NCBI GenBank assembly: GCA_024407725.1
Contig: JAKSVZ010000006.1
Location: forward strand, 12,860-44,859
Source: Opitutales bacterium
GTDB lineage: Bacteria; Verrucomicrobiota; Verrucomicrobiia; Opitutales; UBA9783
Direction: 5' to 3'
Length of the DNA stretch: 32,000 nt
This document shows positions 24,563 through 31,046 of the stretch, one piece after another (within the stretch, counting starts at the first letter, position 1; each line of letters begins with the position of its first letter). A model generated the notes under the pieces. That model saw nothing but the letters and a program-made list of their open reading frames with translations, was not told the DNA's origin and searched no databases. The position numbers and the translations under genes are program-made.

Positions 24563-27538
24563 AATTATCAATGTATTATCTTGGGAGCAGGGCGGTCAAA
24601 ACAATTAACCCAAAACCCCGCGCTGGTTAATATTGATCAGGATCAATGTACGTTGGATTGGTTGCTTAAAACCGTAGGGGCTAATGCTTCCAGCAGTATT
24701 TTTGTCGGCGGTTATACCTTTGATGCGATTGCACAACATTATCCGCAGTTGCGTTTCGTTTGTAATGCTCAATGGGCGAAAACTGGCTGTGAAACCTCGC
24801 TGTATCTATCTCAATTTGACCCAAAATTGCCTGCATTTATATGCTATGGGGATATCTTGGTGCGCACTGCATTGGTTGAATCGGTTCTGAAAGCAGCCGA
24901 AGCGGGTGATAACGATGGGGTTATTGCCTTAGATTCCCATACACAGCTATTGGACACCAAAGAAAACTATGAATGCTTCGAAGGAAGCTTAAAAGGGCAA
25001 CGCGGGCAGTATCCCTTTGTTGGATGTGTGTATTTAAAGCCAAAAGCATTGGAATTTTTGCAGAAAAACCAATGTTTTAGCAACAATGGTAAGGCTTACC
25101 GTTTGTCCGACTTGCTGCGTTTTTGCCAAAATAGCTTGCGATTGGCTTGCGTGGATGCGCATGGATTGTGGGCTGAAATCTTACGCCCCATCGATATTAC
25201 CAAGTTTATCCTCACCACAAAATCCGAAACACTCCAAACCTTGCAGCGTCATATTACCCAAGCACGGATGTTGGATCAGGTCCATTTTTCGGTTAAGGAG
25301 TGGCGTGAGCAACCTTCTAGCCTCGTTTCATCTATCCTGCAAAAATTCCAACGGCAACCGTTGGTGGTGCGCAGTAGCTCATTACAGGAAGATAACTTTA
25401 CGCAGGCCAATGCGGGTAAATTCGAAAGTATTTTAAACGTTCAACCGGAAGATGCCGCTATTAAAGCAGCCGTTGATACCGTTATTCAATCCTATGGAAC
25501 GCCGAAGGATGCGGATCAGGTGTTGGTTCAACCCATGCTGCCGAACGTTAAATTGAGCGGGGTTGTTTTTACCCGTAGCCTGCAGCATAGTGCCCCTTAC
25601 TACATTGTGAATTATGATGTGGCAAGCACCGAATCCGTGACCAGTGGTCAAAGTACGCAGGATGTTATCTTTTATCATTGGAAACATGCACCCATTCCGC
25701 CTCATGCGCCTGATTTTTATCCGCGCTTGCAGGCAGCAATTCAAGAAATTGAGCGCCTAACCCAATGGGATGCGTTGGATATTGAGTTCGCGGTTACTCA
25801 GCAAAACGAACTGTATTTGTTCCAAGTACGGCCTTTGGTTGCGCGCCACCTGCAGGAAATTAGCGACGAACAGCTTCAGCAGTGCTTGGATGAGGCTGCA
25901 GATCGCTTCGATTCATTACAAATCCCTCAGGAAGCTATTGCGGGGCAACATACGATTTTCGGGGTTATGCCGGATTGGAACCCAGCTGAAATGATTGGAA
26001 CGAAACCAAATGCGTTAGCGGCTTCCCTCTATCGTACGCTGATCACAGACTCCATTTGGGCGCAACAAAGGGCGGAATTTGGCTATAAAGACGTACGTCC
26101 TTATCCCTTGATGGTAAGCTTTGCGGGTCACCCGTATATTGATGTGCGCGCCAGTATCCATTCGTTTATCCCCAAGTCCGTTCCTACCGAAACAACCGGC
26201 AAGTTGGTCACATTTTTCGTTAACCGTTTAAAACAGCATCCTGAATGGCATGATAAGTTGGAATTTAAGGTGATGCCGACGTGCGACACCTGCGATTTTG
26301 ATGAACGTTGGCACGCGTTGTTAACCCAAGAAGCAGGGTTGTCGGTAGCCGAATATCAACAGTATCGCTCGGCTTTGCACAAAATAACCCATGCTGCTTT
26401 GATTCAATGTGAATCCTACTATCAAGCCATTAAGGCGATAGAAGAGCGTTTTGCACGTATTAAAGCGTCCAAGCAAGCGGATAGCGATAAAATTTACACC
26501 TTGGTTGAAACAGCCAAAGTGGGTACGCTCAACTTTTCCCATTTAGCCCGATGCGGCTTTATTGCGCGTTCTTTGCTGCAGGCCTATGAAGCGCAAGGGA
26601 TTATCACCAAGGAAGAAAGTCAGTCGCTTGTTGACGCTATTCAAACGATTGCGGGACAATTTTTTAAGGATACACAGGCTGCGATTGCGGGTAAAGGTTC
26701 TAAGCAAGCCTGTTTGGATACCTATGGGCATTTGCGCCCCGGAACCTACGATATTACATCGCCAACCTACCGTTCTGATCCTGAAAAATACTTGTTTGTA
26801 AAGAGCACAGTGGAATTGAGTCAGCGTTCCAAAGCAACCTTTAGTTATACCCAGTTGGAATCCGCTTTACAAAAGGACTGGGGAATTTCACTTACCGCAT
26901 TTCGGCAATTTTTACAGTGTGCAATTGCCGGCCGCGAATATTCAAAGTTCATCTTTACGCGCTACAGCTCGCATATTTTGGATTTAATTCAAGCAATCGG
27001 TGCTCGCTATGGGTTTTCAGCGAAAGAATTAGAGCATGTACCTATTACGGTTTTTATGCAACTGCGCGGGGGGATTGATGCGTCAAAAACCTTGAAAGCT
27101 TTACTGCAGGCAACCATCGAACAAGGCGCGTTGGATTACTGTTTCGCTCAGGCCATAGAATTGCCTCCGTTGATTACCAACAAGAGCGATTTTTATGCCT
27201 TTTTTGTGCCTAAATCCCTGCCGAATTTCATTGGAAATCAAAAGGCCGAAGCACCCCTGATTTACCTCAAGAATTCTGATCAGGCGGATGGTGCAGCTTT
27301 GCGCGATAAGATTGTTTTGATTGAAAAAGCGGATCCTGGGTTCGACTGGATTCTCAATTATGCGATTGCTGGGTTGATTACCGCTTATGGAGGTCCCAAT
27401 TCCCATATGGCCATCCGTTCGGCAGAATGTCACTTGCCGGCAGCAATTGGAATTGGAGAAGCGTTGTTTGACTCGCTCAAAACAGCTCAGTTGGTTCACT
27501 TAGATTGCGCCAATCACACGTTAAAACGCATCCGATAA
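24551..27538 (+). CDS. Fusion protein: N-terminal nucleotidyltransferase domain plus a PEP-utilizing-enzyme-type kinase (ATP-grasp PPDK_N-like domain and C-terminal phosphohistidine swivel domain); Cj1418 / rifampin-phosphotransferase-like architecture
   Basis: 995-aa ORF.
- Residues ~1-220: CIILGAGRSKQL (a GxGxR NTP loop) and ICYGDIL, paralogous to the ITYGDII of the downstream 28184 gene.
- Residues ~225-460: TTKSETLQTLQ, PLVVRSSSLQEDNFTQANAGKFESILNV (compare PpsA/PPDK VAVRSSATAEDLPxASFAGQ) and LDIEFAV...LYLFQVRP.
- C-terminus: VLIEKADPGFDWILNYAIAGLITAYGGPNSHMAIRSAECHLPAAIG, the PEP-utilizers mobile domain with the catalytic His.
- No PEP/pyruvate-binding TIM-barrel domain is present.
- Start is GTG 24551 or TTG 24554. 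Confidence 0.7.
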   Translation: MLEHNYQCIILGAGRSKQLTQNPALVNIDQDQCTLDWLLKTVGANASSSIFVGGYTFDAIAQHYPQLRFVCNAQWAKTGCETSLYLSQFDPKLPAFICYGDILVRTALVESVLKAAEAGDNDGVIALDSHTQLLDTKENYECFEGSLKGQRGQYPFVGCVYLKPKALEFLQKNQCFSNNGKAYRLSDLLRFCQNSLRLACVDAHGLWAEILRPIDITKFILTTKSETLQTLQRHITQARMLDQVHFSVKEWREQPSSLVSSILQKFQRQPLVVRSSSLQEDNFTQANAGKFESILNVQPEDAAIKAAVDTVIQSYGTPKDADQVLVQPMLPNVKLSGVVFTRSLQHSAPYYIVNYDVASTESVTSGQSTQDVIFYHWKHAPIPPHAPDFYPRLQAAIQEIERLTQWDALDIEFAVTQQNELYLFQVRPLVARHLQEISDEQLQQCLDEAADRFDSLQIPQEAIAGQHTIFGVMPDWNPAEMIGTKPNALAASLYRTLITDSIWAQQRAEFGYKDVRPYPLMVSFAGHPYIDVRASIHSFIPKSVPTETTGKLVTFFVNRLKQHPEWHDKLEFKVMPTCDTCDFDERWHALLTQEAGLSVAEYQQYRSALHKITHAALIQCESYYQAIKAIEERFARIKASKQADSDKIYTLVETAKVGTLNFSHLARCGFIARSLLQAYEAQGIITKEESQSLVDAIQTIAGQFFKDTQAAIAGKGSKQACLDTYGHLRPGTYDITSPTYRSDPEKYLFVKSTVELSQRSKATFSYTQLESALQKDWGISLTAFRQFLQCAIAGREYSKFIFTRYSSHILDLIQAIGARYGFSAKELEHVPITVFMQLRGGIDASKTLKALLQATIEQGALDYCFAQAIELPPLITNKSDFYAFFVPKSLPNFIGNQKAEAPLIYLKNSDQADGAALRDKIVLIEKADPGFDWILNYAIAGLITAYGGPNSHMAIRSAECHLPAAIGIGEALFDSLKTAQLVHLDCANHTLKRIR

Positions 27539-27543
27539 CGATT

Positions 27544-28197
27544 ATGAATCAAGCAGCAAACGCCTCATCACACGACCTAAAATGGTTGAAAATCGGGCTA
27601 TCTCAGCGCACCATTCAGGCAGCGGAAGCTCAGGGAGTGGTTAGTCCATCCGATGAGCTGCATGATGAATTGAGTCAGCAATGGACTACCTTGTTAAACG
27701 CACGCCATTTATTGACCCTGCCTATTCCCAACCAAGTTCCGTTGCAACCGTGGCTATCGGCGGTGAATTTAGACGGAATTTTGTTGAGTGGAGGCAATGA
27801 CCACGCTACGCGTAGTACCTGCGAAACCGCTTGTATCGAATACAGTATGCAGCATCGCTTACCCCTCATGGGCATTTGCCATGGTTTCCAATGCATCGCA
27901 CGTTATTTCGGAGCCCAATTGATTCCCATTCAAGGGCATGTTGGATGTACGCATCCGGTTCAAATTCATGACAATCCGTATATCCCAGCCGGTACCCAAA
28001 TCGTTAATTCCTTCCATACGCTAACGATAGCAACGCTTCCGGATGGGTTTAAGCCGCTTGCAACCGATCTTGATGGCCATTTGGAGGCAATTTATCACGC
28101 AACGCTACCGATAGTCGCTTTTATATGGCATCCGGAACGTCCTCCGTTTGATGCCAAGTGGAACGCTTGGGCTTATTCTTTTTATGCAAAACACTAA
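27544..28197 (+). CDS. Class-I glutamine amidotransferase-like / peptidase C26 gamma-glutamyl hydrolase family protein (Cj1417-like)
   Basis: LKIGLSQRT at the N-terminus, DGILLSGGND, the nucleophile elbow LMGICHGFQ and WHPER (a Cys-His triad context). The ATG at 27544 is 5 nt after the upstream stop; the track start at 27505 overlaps the upstream gene. Confidence 0.75.
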   Translation: MNQAANASSHDLKWLKIGLSQRTIQAAEAQGVVSPSDELHDELSQQWTTLLNARHLLTLPIPNQVPLQPWLSAVNLDGILLSGGNDHATRSTCETACIEYSMQHRLPLMGICHGFQCIARYFGAQLIPIQGHVGCTHPVQIHDNPYIPAGTQIVNSFHTLTIATLPDGFKPLATDLDGHLEAIYHATLPIVAFIWHPERPPFDAKWNAWAYSFYAKH

Positions 28198-28915
28198 GGT
28201 TTTTATTTTGTGTGCTGGCGAAGGTAAACGCTTACGTCCGTATACTGAGCATCAACCCAAATGCATGGTTCCTTACCAAGGGAAGCCGCTTGTGGAGTAT
28301 CAATTGGATTTGTTTGCTCAACAGGGGTTTCGGGATATTGTTCTCATCGGTGGCTATCAATATACGCTATTGCCAAAACAAGCCACGGTGGTGGTTAATC
28401 CCGATTATGCGAAAACCAATATGGTTTATAGCCTGTTTTGCGCTCAGGAACAGATGGATGAATCTTGCGATTGGCTCATTACCTACGGGGATATCATTTA
28501 TCATGCGTCGGTATTGCAAGCGATGCTTAACGCCAAGGAATCCATTGCGGTTGCAACCGATGTTGATTGGCAGCGTTATTGGGAACGGCGTATGGAAGAT
28601 CCGTTGAAGGATGCGGAAACTTTTCGCTGGGATACGCAGACCCACCGCATTGCTGAAATCGGTAAAAAACCAAAAACCTTGGCGGATATCCAAGGCCAGT
28701 ACATTGGGTTTATTAAGGTAGCTGCGCAACATACCAAAACCTTTAAGCAAGCCTATCAGCAGTTTTTAAGCGTTCACTCCAAAACCGCTTACATGACGGA
28801 TTTTTTGCAGTTTTTAATCGACCAAAACATTCCGCTGTATGGCGTACCCATTCATAATCATTGGGCTGAATTTGATACGGTTCAGGATCTATCGCTAACA
28901 TTGGATTGGCTATGA
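28184..28915 (+). CDS. LicC-like nucleotidyltransferase (putative cytidylyltransferase for a phospho-alcohol or phospho-amide; Cj1416-like)
   Basis: KVFILCAGEGKRLRPYTEHQPKCMVPYQGKPLVEYQLDLFAQQGFRDIVLIGGY closely parallels the LicC N-terminus ([53 protein letters not shown], from memory), followed by YGDII. The ATG at 28184 gives a 14-nt overlap with the upstream gene. Confidence 0.75.
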   Translation: MQNTKVFILCAGEGKRLRPYTEHQPKCMVPYQGKPLVEYQLDLFAQQGFRDIVLIGGYQYTLLPKQATVVVNPDYAKTNMVYSLFCAQEQMDESCDWLITYGDIIYHASVLQAMLNAKESIAVATDVDWQRYWERRMEDPLKDAETFRWDTQTHRIAEIGKKPKTLADIQGQYIGFIKVAAQHTKTFKQAYQQFLSVHSKTAYMTDFLQFLIDQNIPLYGVPIHNHWAEFDTVQDLSLTLDWL

Positions 28916-28922
28916 TCCACGT

Positions 28923-28951
28923 TTGATTCCGCGCTGTAATTTCCTTATAAT
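28923..28951 (+). promoter_or_regulatory. Candidate sigma70-type promoter for glgB (TTGATT-N17-TATAAT)
   Basis: Read directly: TTGATT at 28923-28928 and a consensus TATAAT at 28946-28951, which is 19 nt upstream of ATG 28971. An AGAGG SD-like element lies between them. The -10 overlaps a 12-nt copy of the OMP repeat motif. Confidence 0.35.
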
Positions 28952-28970
28952 AAGCTTAATAGAGGCGTAC

Positions 28971-31046
28971 ATGAGGAACATTACTAAGAAAGCAACAACC
29001 GTCCATGGTAAAACAGCGAAGAAAACTTTAAAGCCGTCCGCTAAAAAACCCTGCATCCGTAGTAAATCCACCAAGCAGGTAAGTGCTGCCAAATTAACTT
29101 CTGTTATCGATTGCCATACTGCTTGGAAATTAGCCAATCAGGCTGATTTGCTCGCCTTCCAACAAGGGCACTGCAATCGCATTTATAACGTACTTGGTTC
29201 TCATCCCGCCACTGAAGAAGGGAAAGCAGGCTATCACTTTGCGGTATGGGCGCCGAATGCAAAATCTGTGTCTGTTGTAGGGGATTTTAATCAATGGGAT
29301 GCGAAGAAAAATCCCATGTACCTACACAATCTTTTTGGGGTATGGGAAGTATTTGTTCCTGATGTTCAAGTAGGACAAAAATACAAATATGCCGTTGTCG
29401 GATATAACCAACAATTGCAGTTGAAAGCCGATCCGTACGGTAATTGGGGCGAACATACCGATTCACACGCGTCCATCCTATGCCCCGCCTTAAACCGATA
29501 CGTGTGGAACGACAATGCGTGGATGCAAAAGCGCGCTAAACATAATTGCCAAGAACAGCCTTTGTCGATCTATGAGCTGCACATTGATTCTTGGCGCCAC
29601 AATGCAAAAGGCAATCCGCTCACTTATCGAGAATTGGCTCAGCAACTCGTTCTGTATTTAAAAGCAACAGAATTTACGCATGTTGAATTGATGCCGATCA
29701 TGGAGCACCCCTTTACCGATTCTTGGGGCTATCAAATCACTGGGTTTTATGCACCCACCTCGCGTTATGGGACACCAGAAGACTTTCAGTATTTAATCGA
29801 TACGCTGCATCAAGCCAATATTGGCGTCATTCTTGATTGGGTACCGGGTCACTTCCCAACCGACGATTTTGGTTTAGCGCGCTTCGATGGTACCGCTTTG
29901 TATGAACATGCCGATCCGCGCCAAGGCATCCATCCTGATTGGGGAACCTACATCTTTAATTATGGACGCAACGAGGTACGTAATTTCCTCATCAGCAACG
30001 CTCTGTTTTGGATTGAGCAATTCCATATCGATGGCCTACGTTTGGATGCGGTTGCTTCCATGCTTTACTTGGATTATTCTCGAAAACCTAATGCGTGGAT
30101 TCCCAACCAATACGGCGGTAAGGAGAATATCGAAGCGATTAATTTCTTACGCGAATTCAACAACATTATCCATTCGTCCTATCCAGGTATTTTATCAATC
30201 GCTGAAGAATCAACTTCCTTTGGGCGCGTTTCCCAACCAACTCAATCGTACGGCTTGGGCTTCGATTTCAAATGGAATATGGGTTGGATGCACGATGTCT
30301 CCAATTACTGCAAATTAGACCCGATTTTCCGCAAATATCATCACAACAAAATGACCTTTGCTATGCTCTATCAGCGCTCAGAGCATTTCATCAACGTCTT
30401 TTCACACGATGAAGTGGTGTACGGTAAGGCTTCGATGGTACAGAAAATGGGTTCGCCGTATTTAAGCGATAAACTGAGTACCTTGCGCGCTCTTTATACC
30501 TTTATGTGGGGATGGCCGGGCAAAAAAACGCTCTTTATGGGCAATGAATTCGCTCAGCTCGATGAATGGGATTTCCACAAAGCTTTGTCTTGGGAGTTAT
30601 TGGAAAAACCAGAACATCAAGGAATGTTGCGCTTAATCTTCGATTTAAATCACCTCTACCGCACGCTGCGTTTTTGGCACGAAGGAGATATGTACGAAGG
30701 TAGTTTTTCTTGGATCAACCCAGAAGATTGCGATAACAGTGTATTTTCATTTATACGCAAAAGCGCTTCCTCAACCCATACGCTCTTGTTTATCTCGAAC
30801 TTTACTCCCATTGAGCACGCGAATTACGAATGCGGGGTTCCTTTTGCCGGTACTTGGAATGAACTGCTTAACTCCGATAGTACATCCTACGGCGGACTTA
30901 ATCGTGGAAATTTAGGCTCTGTAACTGCTGTCAAGCAGGAACGCGACCTACAACCCTGCACAATTAGTTTATATCTACCTCCGCTGAGCACTATTATCTT
31001 AGAGTTTAAACGTACTCATACAAAAGCATGCGATAAAAGCGCTTAG
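28971..31046 (+). CDS. glgB: 1,4-alpha-glucan branching enzyme GlgB (GH13)
   Basis: Sequence features: YHFAVWAPNAKSVSVVGDFNQWD, THVELMPIMEHPFTDSWGYQITGFYAP, DWVPGHFP, GLRLDAVASMLY, AEESTSF, FSHDEVV. I prefer the ATG at 28971; the track start is TTG 28923. There is a ~55-aa Lys/Thr/Ser-rich N-terminal extension, unless an internal TTG is the true start. Confidence 0.9.
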   Translation: MRNITKKATTVHGKTAKKTLKPSAKKPCIRSKSTKQVSAAKLTSVIDCHTAWKLANQADLLAFQQGHCNRIYNVLGSHPATEEGKAGYHFAVWAPNAKSVSVVGDFNQWDAKKNPMYLHNLFGVWEVFVPDVQVGQKYKYAVVGYNQQLQLKADPYGNWGEHTDSHASILCPALNRYVWNDNAWMQKRAKHNCQEQPLSIYELHIDSWRHNAKGNPLTYRELAQQLVLYLKATEFTHVELMPIMEHPFTDSWGYQITGFYAPTSRYGTPEDFQYLIDTLHQANIGVILDWVPGHFPTDDFGLARFDGTALYEHADPRQGIHPDWGTYIFNYGRNEVRNFLISNALFWIEQFHIDGLRLDAVASMLYLDYSRKPNAWIPNQYGGKENIEAINFLREFNNIIHSSYPGILSIAEESTSFGRVSQPTQSYGLGFDFKWNMGWMHDVSNYCKLDPIFRKYHHNKMTFAMLYQRSEHFINVFSHDEVVYGKASMVQKMGSPYLSDKLSTLRALYTFMWGWPGKKTLFMGNEFAQLDEWDFHKALSWELLEKPEHQGMLRLIFDLNHLYRTLRFWHEGDMYEGSFSWINPEDCDNSVFSFIRKSASSTHTLLFISNFTPIEHANYECGVPFAGTWNELLNSDSTSYGGLNRGNLGSVTAVKQERDLQPCTISLYLPPLSTIILEFKRTHTKACDKSA

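Noticed and set aside
24551-27538. The 995-aa protein considered as phosphoenolpyruvate synthase, PPDK, or a glucan-water dikinase acting on glycogen (given the adjacent glgB)
   Set aside because: It lacks the C-terminal PEP/pyruvate-binding TIM-barrel domain of PpsA/PPDK. Its domain order (ATP-grasp, then His-swivel) is the reverse of plant GWD as I recall it, and no starch-binding module is evident. The Cj1418 / rifampin-phosphotransferase-type architecture fits better, though a glucan-related acceptor for the pathway is not excluded.
28910-29137. 75-aa minus-strand hydrophobic ORF overlapping the glgB 5' region
   Set aside because: It is antisense to the glgB N-terminal extension and promoter, with no independent support. 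It would only matter if the glgB extension turned out not to be translated.
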